Positions 8,088 to 18,418 of a stretch of DNA of 64,000 nucleotides are shown here, piece after piece. Position 1 is the stretch's first letter. Every line of letters starts with the position of its first letter. Source of the DNA: an uncultured virus (IMG/VR IMGVR_UViG_3300024999_000050) (taxonomy: Duplodnaviria; Heunggongvirae; Uroviricota; Caudoviricetes); the IMG/VR virus record IMGVR_UViG_3300024999_000050; one strand, 5' to 3'. The notes beneath the pieces were generated by a model. It saw nothing but the letters and a program-made list of their open reading frames with translations. It searched no databases and was not told the DNA's origin. The translations under genes were made by a program, and so were the position numbers.

Positions 8088-9370
8088 ATATCATGCCGAA
8101 TACATTCAAAAATCGGCCAGATTAAACTCTTGTTCCCGTGCTGATCTGTTGTTATTCCTCCGTGGTGTCCTTGAATGTATTTTCCAATCAAACTATTTCT
8201 CATTTTCCAATAACCTTTTCTTTGTTTCTTTTTCAAACCGGAGCCAAAGTCTACTTCATAACTTTTTCCGTCTACTTTTAGCTCACAAATAAATGATCCT
8301 AATTTTCCTTTATCTTTACCCTTACCCTCTTTGTATCCTATAACTTCTAATTCTATTGGATAGTCCGGTTTCATTTTCATCCAATCATAACTTCTTTTCA
8401 GTTTCAATGTTGCGTTCCAGTCTTTGATCATAATTCCTTCTTTTTTATCTTTCATAGCTCTATCAAAGAGTAAATCTATTATTTCTTTAGAATTACCCTT
8501 GCTCTTTTTGTAAGGTCCAAAGTATTGTAGAAGTTTTATAGTATCGTTGAATTTTGATTTATAAATAATTTCTTCTAAAAATTCTTTTCTTTCTTTTAGA
8601 GGTTTTGTATTCCCTACTTTGTTCTCAAAGTCTTCAATCGTTATATAATCAAAGAGATTAAATATAGCTATTTTCTTAGTATTTAATCTCATTAGACCTT
8701 TCATTGTATTTTGAAAAGTTTTTGATTGTATTTCCCCATCATAAATTATTCCTTTAGGTAGGCTTGAAACAGCCTCTTCTATCTCTTCATAACCAAATAC
8801 CTGTTTACCGCTTCTAGTCTTCAGTATGACACCTTCAGACGTATTGTGAGCGTATATTCTTACTCCTTCTATCTTCATTTCTATTATGTATTCTTCCGAA
8901 AGCCTATCTTCATCCTCTTTATACTTTTCAGCCAGGGTAACATTAAATTCTGGAACTAAGCCTACAAAAACTTTATTTATAGTTTTCGTATTTACACCTA
9001 ATTTAAGATCCCTGGTTAATACTTTTGTAAACCAGAAGTATTCCTCCTTAGAACATTCCTGGAGTAGTAGGGCTACTTTTTTAATAGCAGCGTTTCCAGT
9101 AAATTCTCTTTTGTTTAAAGAGTTTAATAAATCTATGAATTTGAAATATGTTTTTCTATTTGGCTTTAATGACTTTCTTATTTTTACTGTTGGTAATTTT
9201 CTAATGTTGTAAACCAAATAAGGATTGTACGTCATATATAATATTGTGCTTAGATATGAGTTATATTTTTGTTCTGATAATATTTCTTCTATCTCTAGCC
9301 TCTTTGTTACGCCTTGTAAACTCTCAAGAGTTTGTAAGGCTTTTAAGTATCCTTCTGATATAGTAATCAC
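8084..9370 (-). CDS. lig: ATP-dependent DNA ligase
   Basis: KIEGVR motif I, YDGEI, NLFD, EGIMIK, WMKMK, C-terminal OB fold. Confidence 0.92.
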   Translation of the reverse strand: MITISEGYLKALQTLESLQGVTKRLEIEEILSEQKYNSYLSTILYMTYNPYLVYNIRKLPTVKIRKSLKPNRKTYFKFIDLLNSLNKREFTGNAAIKKVALLLQECSKEEYFWFTKVLTRDLKLGVNTKTINKVFVGLVPEFNVTLAEKYKEDEDRLSEEYIIEMKIEGVRIYAHNTSEGVILKTRSGKQVFGYEEIEEAVSSLPKGIIYDGEIQSKTFQNTMKGLMRLNTKKIAIFNLFDYITIEDFENKVGNTKPLKERKEFLEEIIYKSKFNDTIKLLQYFGPYKKSKGNSKEIIDLLFDRAMKDKKEGIMIKDWNATLKLKRSYDWMKMKPDYPIELEVIGYKEGKGKDKGKLGSFICELKVDGKSYEVDFGSGLKKKQRKGYWKMRNSLIGKYIQGHHGGITTDQHGNKSLIWPIFECIRHDM

Positions 9371-9435
9371 TCCCCTTTATACAGAAGAAGAACCTCTAAA
9401 GTTTCCAGAGGTTCTTCTCTTTAATAAATTAACTG

Positions 9436-10923
9436 TTAAAATGAACAGTCGCAATCGGCAATAGTTTCGCCGGAGCCACAACTACATAATTCTGTATCAG
9501 CAAAAAACTCTTCCGCTAATTCTTGATGAGACTTATTTAATCCGCAACCACAGTTTGAAACTGGTTCACCAGAACCACATTGACAGGTTTCAAACTCGTC
9601 CACCGGAGTAATTCCTCCTGGAGGTAGATCCGGTTCATCCTTACTTTCAGAATTTCCAGAATTCATCGAACCTCTTAACTCCAATTCGTTCAGTTCTTCC
9701 AATCTTTTTATAGCTGCTGGATGTATTTTAATAGGACTATCTTCAATATTACTCTTGGAAGAAGATTTCATATCTGACACGGCAGATTTTAATTCCTGTT
9801 TTTTAGATTTATCCGGCGAACCGCAAACACCTTCAGCTACACCAGGATATTTTTTACTCTGAACAACAGAACTAATATGATACATAATTTCAGGGACCGT
9901 ATCAAGTAGTTCAATCATAACCCTCAATTCGTCACCTGACATAATTGAGGCCAGGTCTAAAAACTTCTGAAGTCTAGCGAGACCGCCTTTTGTGAAATTT
10001 TCCGGTTCGACAACTTCTGAGATATCAAGAAATTTCTTCAGTTCCGGAGATTTCTTTTTCGATTCGGCTGTTTTTGCATTAAACCTGTCGTAAGCCTCTT
10101 TTGTGGCAATTAGTTTGAACTCTCCGTTAGGGCATATTTCGCAGTTACCGTTTAATAGTTTGCAATTACCGCAACCGTCACATTTTCCTTTTATATTCCT
10201 CTTTTGACGAATACTATCCAGAAGTTCTTTCTTGAATTTAGAACATCCTTCGCTGACAGGACATATAAAACAATTAGGATGAACTTTTCCGTTATAACAC
10301 GGCTCCGGTAGTTCAGACAGTTCATTAATCAAACTTGGAGAAACAACACCTAACAGGTCTAACATACTTTGTAGTTCAGAATCTCCGGAAACAAAGGATA
10401 CTTTTATTCCTAACGATTCTGATAAACTTTCGGCCAGTTTTTCTCCTTCTGATTTTGATTTTGATTTTAATTTACTAGATTCAGAACACTCGGAACTATA
10501 TCCGCAGCTCGTACAGCCAAAAATATGTTTTGCCGGACATAATGGATCATTACGTTTATGTCCTGGAAAGAGATTGGGTTTAAATTTTTCTGTAGTTTTA
10601 GTATCCTCGGATGAAGATTTTCCGGACTTATTTTTCATCACAGCTTTAAAGCTATCAAAAGCTGTTTTCACAATTCCTTCCGGTAAATCATCTAAACCGA
10701 AAATCGGAACATTTCCTCTTTTAGCCTCTTCCTTGGCTTTTACAACCTCGTAACCACATTCCAGCAGGTTTAAAATAAGTCCTCCGGTATACTCGTTCCC
10801 TTCAGTGTTAGAAACGACACCAACCAGAGTTTTTCCTTCCCATACTTCGTACTTGTTCCCAAAGCTATGAATTTTATTCAGTAGGAACATCTCCTTCCTC
10901 TTTCTTTTTGATTCCTGATACAA
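9436..10923 (-). CDS. Large Cys-rich hypothetical protein with two C-terminal SEC-C-like motifs
   Basis: CQCGSG..CGC and CSCGSG..CDC plus three internal Cys clusters; start probably MFLLNK. Confidence 0.8.
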   Translation of the reverse strand: MYQESKRKRKEMFLLNKIHSFGNKYEVWEGKTLVGVVSNTEGNEYTGGLILNLLECGYEVVKAKEEAKRGNVPIFGLDDLPEGIVKTAFDSFKAVMKNKSGKSSSEDTKTTEKFKPNLFPGHKRNDPLCPAKHIFGCTSCGYSSECSESSKLKSKSKSEGEKLAESLSESLGIKVSFVSGDSELQSMLDLLGVVSPSLINELSELPEPCYNGKVHPNCFICPVSEGCSKFKKELLDSIRQKRNIKGKCDGCGNCKLLNGNCEICPNGEFKLIATKEAYDRFNAKTAESKKKSPELKKFLDISEVVEPENFTKGGLARLQKFLDLASIMSGDELRVMIELLDTVPEIMYHISSVVQSKKYPGVAEGVCGSPDKSKKQELKSAVSDMKSSSKSNIEDSPIKIHPAAIKRLEELNELELRGSMNSGNSESKDEPDLPPGGITPVDEFETCQCGSGEPVSNCGCGLNKSHQELAEEFFADTELCSCGSGETIADCDCSF

Positions 10924-11407
10924 GAACCATAATTATTTCATTTACATCTGTTAGCTTTATATATGCAATAGGTTCTAGACCTGAATCATCAAACTTGATA
11001 ATCTGAGAATTAAGTAATCCGTCTTCTGGATTGATTGAATCTACATATTCTCCAAGACAGAATATCTTATCGTCTACCTTTACTACTTTTGGACTTACTT
11101 TTTCAAATACGTAGTCCATACTTCTGGTAATCAGGGCTAAAGTTTCTTGGCGATTTGGTGTTTTAACAAACCATTTTCGCCTTTCGTTTTCTATAACTGC
11201 AAACCGAAATTCCTGCTCGGTAAGATTTTTTCTGCTCTGTTTACTTAAGAACTTGGTTAAGATGTTTTCTTTCTGTTTATCAGTAAAAGGAAACTCCTCG
11301 TTATTTGTAACAATAGAATATTTTTCTAGACTAAGTATATCTTCATTTCCTTTTATGATAGCTTTCCTTCTAGGATCTCTCTTAACTTTCAATCCGTCAT
11401 TTCTCAA
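10874..11407 (-). CDS. Hypothetical protein
   Basis: 177-aa ORF, GGGGGTG RBS. Confidence 0.75.
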   Translation of the reverse strand: MRNDGLKVKRDPRRKAIIKGNEDILSLEKYSIVTNNEEFPFTDKQKENILTKFLSKQSRKNLTEQEFRFAVIENERRKWFVKTPNRQETLALITRSMDYVFEKVSPKVVKVDDKIFCLGEYVDSINPEDGLLNSQIIKFDDSGLEPIAYIKLTDVNEIIMVLVSGIKKKEEGDVPTE

Positions 11408-11470
11408 TTTTAAAACACCCCCTTATCTTTATTATATCAAGACTTTTTCTATTTTTCCCTTTATGTAAAA

Positions 11471-11833
11471 TTATTTTTTAACTTTTTTCTTTTCTTTTAT
11501 GAGTCTTATCTTTTTATCTTTTATCAATTTAACAATTTGAGTTTCGTTTCTTAGTTTTCTAATCTTACTAGAAATATAATAATACTTCTTAAATACTTTA
11601 AAATGACTGATTATACAGTTCTGAATTATAATCTTACTTCTATCTCCAACGATACTCCATCTAGTTTCAAAATCTGACCAGGAGTATTTTATTCTTTTCT
11701 TTTTAGGTTTTTTAGTTCTATCTAAGAGAAATTTTCTGTTTTCTTTTTTTACATATTTAATTTTCTTAATACGTTTAGCATATTTAATTTTTTTAACCTT
11801 TTTAGCGTATTTAATTTTTTTCAGATATATCAA
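11471..11833 (-). CDS. Highly basic protein with tandem KKIKY repeats
   Basis: KKIKYA-KKV-KKIKYA-KRI-KKIKYV...KKRIKY; AAGGAG RBS, probable CTG start. Confidence 0.7.
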   Translation of the reverse strand: MIYLKKIKYAKKVKKIKYAKRIKKIKYVKKENRKFLLDRTKKPKKKRIKYSWSDFETRWSIVGDRSKIIIQNCIISHFKVFKKYYYISSKIRKLRNETQIVKLIKDKKIRLIKEKKKVKK

Positions 11834-11897
11834 CTCCTTATCTATATTATATCAAATAAAAAACAACCTCCTAATTTGGAAGCTGTTTTTATGAAAA

Positions 11898-13211
11898 CTA
11901 TTCTGTTTCTTCTACATCTAATTCTTTGTTGCTCTTTATGGCTAAATATCGGAGAACCCTCAAAACATTACTATCCTTCTTGTGAGGAAGTAATTCGGCA
12001 ACAGTAAGTGTTTCTCTGTTTGGGAAATTTCTATCTGCCCAGTTTTTGGTTCCTACTTGGCAGTTACCGGACTTCATGGAATCTTCCAGAGTTACGACCA
12101 TCTCTGGATTTAGAGATTCTACAGCCATATCTATTTTGTGCTTCTTTTGGACAACTTTTAAATCAGTTTTGAATTTAGATTTTGCTAAGTCCTCTACCTT
12201 CTGGCAATACTCCTTATGGTTTAAGCAAAAGTCTAACTGGTCTAACTCCAATTCATAATCGTAACAGTTGTCTAACTGCATTTGAACATCCACAGGGGCG
12301 ACTTCTAGCAGGTCACTTTTCCATAATGCACACCCCAACCAAACCTTATTGTCCGGCAGCAATTGGGAAACAACTCCGTGCTTGATTAGGCTAAAACCTT
12401 TACCTGAATAAAATTCTTTAAATTTATCAGCATCATACAGGGGATCATCCCCCAATATTTTCTGAATAAATCCATCCTGTACATAGACAAAGTGGTTTGA
12501 TTCGTGTTCGTAGACTCCTAATCTAGTGTGTGTTGAGGATATTGACTCTACTGTACTTCTCCAACCACCCTCCTCCTGCCGTTTGCAAACCTGTAGATCT
12601 CTAACATCTAAAAATTTTACATAGTTTATTCCTCGCCCAAGGTTGTGACCATAGACCTGTACTGTTAATTCTGCTTCTTGAAGCGTTTCCGGATGGAATG
12701 CTGACATCTTAATGGTTTTAACCTCTCCAGTTAGTCCGGCAACTCTATCAAAGTTTCCTTTTCTGACCGCATCCAAGATTTTAACTATATAATCTTGGTG
12801 GGTTCGGCAGAATATTAAACACGCTTCGCCAACACGAATAATAGTTGGTTTATCCAGTTGGATGATTCCGTTATTCAAAACAGGAATCAAAATCTGCACT
12901 GGAACTTCGGTTCCTTCTGGAACTCCTTCTGATTCAATAGAATACAGTAATATGGGTTTTTCCAACCAACAAGCGTAACCTTGCGAATATCCAGGACGGT
13001 AGCAACCAAGTTTTAATAATCCTACGGATTCTTCCAAGTAACCCGAACCGGACAAACCGGAGCAAGAGTAGTAATACTGTTTACCCCCCCATAATTTATG
13101 ACACTCTTTAGCAGAGTTCATGTAGGACAATATACCATGTTTCGGATTCATAAGGTCAATAAAACAGTCGGTTAATTGGGAACTAAAATCTGTATCTATT
13201 CTTTTAGGCAT
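11898..13211 (-). CDS. Hypothetical protein, 437 aa
   Basis: Long ORF with strong RBS, own promoter and terminator. Confidence 0.85.
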   Translation of the reverse strand: MPKRIDTDFSSQLTDCFIDLMNPKHGILSYMNSAKECHKLWGGKQYYYSCSGLSGSGYLEESVGLLKLGCYRPGYSQGYACWLEKPILLYSIESEGVPEGTEVPVQILIPVLNNGIIQLDKPTIIRVGEACLIFCRTHQDYIVKILDAVRKGNFDRVAGLTGEVKTIKMSAFHPETLQEAELTVQVYGHNLGRGINYVKFLDVRDLQVCKRQEEGGWRSTVESISSTHTRLGVYEHESNHFVYVQDGFIQKILGDDPLYDADKFKEFYSGKGFSLIKHGVVSQLLPDNKVWLGCALWKSDLLEVAPVDVQMQLDNCYDYELELDQLDFCLNHKEYCQKVEDLAKSKFKTDLKVVQKKHKIDMAVESLNPEMVVTLEDSMKSGNCQVGTKNWADRNFPNRETLTVAELLPHKKDSNVLRVLRYLAIKSNKELDVEETE

Positions 13212-13249
13212 TTAGAATTCCTCCTTAAATATTATGTATATCTAACTTA

Positions 13250-13283
13250 ATATCAAGTATAACATGATATTTTAAAAAGTCAA
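13250..13283 (-). promoter_or_regulatory. sigA-type promoter with repeated operator copy 3
   Basis: TTGACT-16-TATACT with TG extension; 23-bp identity to 1820-1842. Confidence 0.78.
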
Positions 13284-13349
13284 CTAAAAGTTTATTTTCT
13301 TTTTATAAATAAAAAACCAGAGTAGAATATACTCTGGTTTCTGGTTTGT

Positions 13350-13487
13350 TTACTCTTCACAATCAACATACACAATAAATACGGTATCACAAACAAGACA
13401 AACCCAATGATTTTCTTCATTCGGTCCGTCAGTCGGAACACAATTACATATTCCACATTCGGGACAATACTTTTCGTTCTTCAACAA
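13350..13487 (-). CDS. Small zinc-ribbon protein, 45 aa
   Basis: Hand-translated: CPECG...WVCLVC; GGGAGG RBS, TTG start. Confidence 0.65.
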   Translation of the reverse strand: MLKNEKYCPECGICNCVPTDGPNEENHWVCLVCDTVFIVYVDCEE

Positions 13488-13519
13488 TTTAAAAACCTCC
13501 CTTCTTTTTATGTTTTTGA

Positions 13520-14203
13520 CTAATCAGTTATTAATAAAATCGTTGCCGGTCCGGAAGAGGTTTCATAAGTATCTTCTTCTGGAATAGCTGTCATTCCATC
13601 TATAAATATTTCATACTCACCTTCTAGGTTAACATTAAATGTTTTAACCCCTTCTCTTGCTTTTAATTCCTTAAGCAATTCTTGAGTTGTAACATCTTTT
13701 AATTCTAGCATTTTCATTTTCGGAAAAAATGGAATCTTTCTTTCTAGCATAAATGGAACCTGGATATATTCAATTCCAGATTCTTTTAATCTTTCAGCTA
13801 CTTTTTCATATCCTTCGTAGGTTTCCGTATATACTACTTTCTTTATACCATTCTTAATAACTAATTCTGCACAGTTATGACAAAGAGCATAAGTTGTTTG
13901 AATAAACAATCCTTCTGTTTTTAAACCTAAATCTTTCGCTTCGTCAAATATCCTCTTTTCTGAGTGTTCAACCCCACAACATTTATTTGGTGTCCAATCA
14001 CCAGAAGGTATATTATTTTTATCTCTTATACATTCATGATCTCCGTCTGGGTGTCTATTTGACATAGTTATTAGTATCCGACCAGTTTTAGGAGATATTA
14101 AACATGCTGCTACTTTTCTTCTTTTGCAGTTACTAAATTGATTAGCGAAATCCTTTAATTCCTTATAATTTTTTTCGTAATCTATTGTTATTATATTATT
14201 CAT
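13520..14203 (-). CDS. dCMP deaminase family protein with extra C-terminal domain
   Basis: SNCKRRKVAA, HSE, LCHNC, GIKKVVY motifs. Confidence 0.85.
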   Translation of the reverse strand: MNNIITIDYEKNYKELKDFANQFSNCKRRKVAACLISPKTGRILITMSNRHPDGDHECIRDKNNIPSGDWTPNKCCGVEHSEKRIFDEAKDLGLKTEGLFIQTTYALCHNCAELVIKNGIKKVVYTETYEGYEKVAERLKESGIEYIQVPFMLERKIPFFPKMKMLELKDVTTQELLKELKAREGVKTFNVNLEGEYEIFIDGMTAIPEEDTYETSSGPATILLITD

Positions 14204-14204
14204 A

Positions 14205-15038
14205 TTACACAGCTACCGGTATATTTTTTATTTGCTCATTATGTCTGTAATTGGCTAAAACAAAATCATCAACTTTAAAGTCATAAAAATCTTTTATCAT
14301 TCTTTTTGAGAAATATAATTCAGGAGCATTATAAATTTTTCTTTCTATTAATTCTTTAACTAACGGAATATGACGATCATAAATATGAGCATCGGCTATT
14401 ACATGAGTCAATTCTCCTACTCTAAAATTGTTAACCATTGCAAACATATGGAGAAGTATTGAGTATTGAACAACATTCCAATTGTTTGCTACCAATACGT
14501 CCTGTGAACGCTGATTAAGAACAGCGTTTAATTTATTTCCTGTCACATTAAAAGTCATACTATAACAACAAGGATATAAAGGCATTTCATGTAAATCGTA
14601 ATGATTATACATATTAGTAATAATCCGTCTACTATATGGATTATGTTTAAGATCAAATAAAACCCGATCTACCTGGTCAAATTTACCTTCAGGGTACTTA
14701 TGTTTAATTCCTAATTGAAAACCATACGCTTTTTTAATGGAACCATTTTCGTCAGCCCAGGAATCCCAGATATGACTATTAAGATCTTTAATATTATTAC
14801 TTTTCTTTTGCCATATCCACAATATTTCATCAATTGCAGCTTTCAAGTTTGTAGGCCTTAATGTTAGGATTGGAAATTCTTTTGATAAATCATATCTGTT
14901 AACTACAGCAAATTTCTTAATTGTATGAGCCGGGGTTCCATCCTCCCATTTTGCTCTTACCACTTGACCTTCTGAAGACTCACCGTTTTCAAGAATATCT
15001 TTACACATTTCAATAAAAATATCATCAGCTTTGCTCAC
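14205..15038 (-). CDS. thyA: Thymidylate synthase
   Basis: IWDSWAD, SRRII, LYPC, QRSQD, NWNVVQY, DAHIYDRH. Confidence 0.97.
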   Translation of the reverse strand: MSKADDIFIEMCKDILENGESSEGQVVRAKWEDGTPAHTIKKFAVVNRYDLSKEFPILTLRPTNLKAAIDEILWIWQKKSNNIKDLNSHIWDSWADENGSIKKAYGFQLGIKHKYPEGKFDQVDRVLFDLKHNPYSRRIITNMYNHYDLHEMPLYPCCYSMTFNVTGNKLNAVLNQRSQDVLVANNWNVVQYSILLHMFAMVNNFRVGELTHVIADAHIYDRHIPLVKELIERKIYNAPELYFSKRMIKDFYDFKVDDFVLANYRHNEQIKNIPVAV

Positions 15039-15546
15039 TATAACCTACCTCCTCTTTTTTCAAATACCTTTCCTGTAAATATGGACATATTCCTTCTGGG
15101 GTATAATGATTAAATACTTCAATTTCATATCTAATAAATATCTTTCTCATATTGCAATTCTGAACTGATTGTCCTCTATTTGTACATTCCTGACATATAA
15201 CCAGAGCATGATCACAAATATCATAAAAATCTTCAGTTAATATTTCTTTCTTTTTTTCTTCCTCTATTAACCTTGCCCTTAAACCAGAGGTTCCAGGATC
15301 AAAACAATTTATTTCATATCTCGGAGACTCTTTATCAATTTGATTTTTAGCCTCAATATCTAAATTTTGAATCATTAAATTTGCTACTTTCTCTAATAGT
15401 GTAGCTGCCGTTCTCATAAATCTAATTAACTCTTTGTTTCTTTTAAGTTCTTGAAGTCGGTCAGCTTTCTTTCTTAACCATTTTGTGAATGAAAACATTA
15501 TGATTACATCTTCTCGTTCTCCCTTATTCAGATATCTTTTAATCAC
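15025..15546 (-). CDS. Hypothetical phage protein with C-terminal Cys cluster
   Basis: 173-aa ORF overlapping both neighbours. Confidence 0.75.
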   Translation of the reverse strand: MIKRYLNKGEREDVIIMFSFTKWLRKKADRLQELKRNKELIRFMRTAATLLEKVANLMIQNLDIEAKNQIDKESPRYEINCFDPGTSGLRARLIEEEKKKEILTEDFYDICDHALVICQECTNRGQSVQNCNMRKIFIRYEIEVFNHYTPEGICPYLQERYLKKEEVGYSEQS

Positions 15547-16135
15547 TCTTAAACCCCCTATATCTCCTAATCTCTTTTAAGAAATCGTGATATTTTCTAA
15601 CCTCTTCTGACTCTGCCGTTTTTAATGTTTCCATGATTCTTTTTACTGTCTTCTGAGTTTTCTCATAATAACTTTTTGTTTCGTTTTTTATCTGGATTAG
15701 TTTTTTCAGACTGTGCATTAGTCCAAGAATAACTAATTCCTCTTTTGTTAAAATCTTTTTAATTTCTACATCTAACAATTTGTGATCCAGTTTCTCATAG
15801 TCATAGTAAAGCTTAATCATATTCATAACTTTTACTATGTTGTTTTCTGAGGTCCACCAGTTATTGAACCCCATAATTTTCATTACTTCTGCCGTACTTT
15901 TACCAAACTCAATAATTAGTTGAAATATTACTCTATCTGTTTCAACTAAATATTCGTCAACTATTTTTCTAATTATTTTTACTTTTTTTATATCTTCTTC
16001 TGTTAAAACAACAGTATCGTCATCAACTACTACACTATCTAATATTATATCAGGACTGTCCCGGCCAAGAATAACTGACAACATTTGATACTTTGCATAA
16101 TTATCATTTGAGGTTTTTCTAACGTGTTTCATCAT
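15539..16135 (-). CDS. Hypothetical protein, possible tandem HTH
   Basis: GKSTAEVMKIMGF resembles an HTH. Confidence 0.65.
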   Translation of the reverse strand: MMKHVRKTSNDNYAKYQMLSVILGRDSPDIILDSVVVDDDTVVLTEEDIKKVKIIRKIVDEYLVETDRVIFQLIIEFGKSTAEVMKIMGFNNWWTSENNIVKVMNMIKLYYDYEKLDHKLLDVEIKKILTKEELVILGLMHSLKKLIQIKNETKSYYEKTQKTVKRIMETLKTAESEEVRKYHDFLKEIRRYRGFKSD

Positions 16136-16142
16136 AATTTAT

Positions 16143-17066
16143 TTACCATTTAGAAATAATCTTCCAGGGTTCACCTTTTAATAAGGAGAAAAATTCGTAC
16201 TTTTCAAAAATACTTTCTATCCTATCGAGATTCTTTCTTCCTTCAATTTTGTTCATTTTGCTTATATGTTTATTTATAGTTACTAATTTCCTAGCTAAAA
16301 ATATTGTATCTATATTAGCTAAGATTAAATTTTTCATATTCTCTGTTCCAACAAATTTATCGGAGTCCCAATTGTTATTTAATATGTCTTTAACGATGTT
16401 GGGATTCGTTTTAAGGATACCTAAAGCCTTTTTCTCACCTATCCCACCAATACCGGGAATACAGTCTCCAGAATCGCCAGACAGACACATTGAATGTAGA
16501 TACTTTTTAGAATTGACTCCAAATACTTTCATTAATCTTTTTGAATCAAATATATTTACTCCACTTCCACCGCTTTTATAAAAGCTTACTTTTTCAGTTA
16601 TTAACTGGTAGAAGTCATGGTCTCCAGAAAAGATTAAAACATTTTCTCCTCTATTTTCATGCCTCTTGGCTAATGAACCCACTAAATCGTCAGCTTCTTC
16701 ACCCTCACGATACATTTGATCTATTCCAAGAATCTGTAATACTTTTTTTAATTCTTTCATTTGCCTTTCAAATTCTTCTTTTTCTTTCTTTTCTTTCTTA
16801 GTTAAATTTTTAGCTTTATCGGTTCTGTTTATTTTGTATCCAGGATAAATCTTAGTTCTTCTTTCATGTCCGGAATCCCAACAAACTATTATTTTAGCTT
16901 TATCGGACATAACTTGTTCGTGTACCATAATAAGAGTTTTCACAAAACCGAAAATACAACCGGTCCCTACACTCTTATTCCTTATTTTAGCTTTCAAGGT
17001 TTTATTTCCGTAATAAGCCCGATAACATAAATTCTTACCGTCAACCAGTAAGACATCATATCTCAT
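16143..17066 (-). CDS. 5'-3' exonuclease / flap endonuclease
   Basis: LVDG, YRAYY, YKINR, EADD, SGDHD, GDSGDCIPGIGGIGEK. Confidence 0.95.
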   Translation of the reverse strand: MRYDVLLVDGKNLCYRAYYGNKTLKAKIRNKSVGTGCIFGFVKTLIMVHEQVMSDKAKIIVCWDSGHERRTKIYPGYKINRTDKAKNLTKKEKKEKEEFERQMKELKKVLQILGIDQMYREGEEADDLVGSLAKRHENRGENVLIFSGDHDFYQLITEKVSFYKSGGSGVNIFDSKRLMKVFGVNSKKYLHSMCLSGDSGDCIPGIGGIGEKKALGILKTNPNIVKDILNNNWDSDKFVGTENMKNLILANIDTIFLARKLVTINKHISKMNKIEGRKNLDRIESIFEKYEFFSLLKGEPWKIISKW

Positions 17067-17142
17067 AATTCAAACACCTCTCAATTAGTCAAAATAAAAA
17101 GAAGCAGCTATTTTTAAACTGCTTCTTCCGGAGATTCATAAT

Positions 17143-17604
17143 CTACTTTTTAGAGCTTTTGTTTTTAGCGGTTTTTTCGCCATCGACTTTTGAGGTTTTA
17201 CCGTCTTTGACGTTGCTCCCTTTAGCTGTTTTTGTTGAAGCTTTTTTCTCGGCATCTCCAGAATCACCATTTTCTTTGGCTTCTTTTCTTGCCTTTTTAG
17301 CAGCTTCTTTGTCTTTGTGTTTTTGTTTAACTAACTTAAGAAGTGCTTTGTCGTCGTACAGTTCTTGCCGGAGTTCTTTGTTGACCTCCAGTTTAAGGAC
17401 TGGTCTTTCCTCCATTGGAGCCTCTTCTCCGGTTTGAGGGTTCCTTCCCATTCTGGGCTTTCTGTAGATTACATCAAATGTCCCAAGACCGTGAAGCGTT
17501 ACCTTCTTACCCGATCTTACAAGTTCCAGAATACCTTTTATAGTTCCTTCTACCGCTTCGGCCTTAACTCCACCTATTTTAGCTACCTCTGCTTTACCTG
17601 CCAT
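17143..17604 (-). CDS. hup: HU/IHF-family DNA-binding protein with Lys-rich tail
   Basis: VTLHGLGTF, GRNPQTGE. Confidence 0.9.
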   Translation of the reverse strand: MAGKAEVAKIGGVKAEAVEGTIKGILELVRSGKKVTLHGLGTFDVIYRKPRMGRNPQTGEEAPMEERPVLKLEVNKELRQELYDDKALLKLVKQKHKDKEAAKKARKEAKENGDSGDAEKKASTKTAKGSNVKDGKTSKVDGEKTAKNKSSKK

Positions 17605-17674
17605 TGTTTTATTTCCCCTCTCGTTTTTATATTATCTGTATTATAAATGATAACTTAAAAAATAATCAATACTA

Positions 17675-18418
17675 TTATATACTTTTTATGAAATTTTTTA
17701 TTACGTCAAATCTTTCTTCAATACTTCCACCGACTTCAAGTAGGTGGAACCTTGCTCCGGATGATTTTATGAACTTCAAATAGCTCAAAATAATCTCCCC
17801 GGTCCTGCCTCTTCCTTCTCCTCTCTCTTTCCAAGTATTAACCTTAGAATCTAAAGGAGTGAAGTCTGGTTTCATGTAGATTATTACATCATAACTAACT
17901 TTAGTCCACTCGGTTACTATTTCGATGTACCTATCTCTTTCCTTAAGGATATCATTCTCTTTATAATTTAGAAGGTATCCTAAATAATCTACAACACTTC
18001 TTTCAAAGATTAATGCTTGTCTTGTAGATAGTGTTGCTGCTCGCTCCTGATACATTTGACCTATCATTATAGACCACTGATAGGTTATTCTTAATTCATC
18101 CGAAGGGTTATCCAGGAAAGAATCTTTTAACCCTATCATTTTGCCTGTTTCTGAGATATGACTAGGGATAAATATTCCATCCAGTTCCTTAGTTAACATT
18201 TCTCCTAAAGTTCCCTTACCTACTCCTCCGGCTCCGGCGAAAGCTATTCTTAGCCTATCTGTTTTTCTAATCTTTCTTATGTTGTACCAACGTCCAAGTA
18301 TCTTTTCATCTCCATTTTCAGAACCTATCCTGGCTAATGTTCTAGATCTAAAATAATTATTTATTGCATTGAATATAAACCCACCCAATAGACCTAGAGA
18401 TATTCCACTTACATCCAC
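17675..18418 (-). CDS. AAA_28/NadR-like P-loop nucleotide kinase
   Basis: GAGGVGKGT, FERSVVDYLGY, YDVIIY; hydrophobic N-terminus. Confidence 0.75.
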   Translation of the reverse strand: MDVSGISLGLLGGFIFNAINNYFRSRTLARIGSENGDEKILGRWYNIRKIRKTDRLRIAFAGAGGVGKGTLGEMLTKELDGIFIPSHISETGKMIGLKDSFLDNPSDELRITYQWSIMIGQMYQERAATLSTRQALIFERSVVDYLGYLLNYKENDILKERDRYIEIVTEWTKVSYDVIIYMKPDFTPLDSKVNTWKERGEGRGRTGEIILSYLKFIKSSGARFHLLEVGGSIEERFDVIKNFIKSI

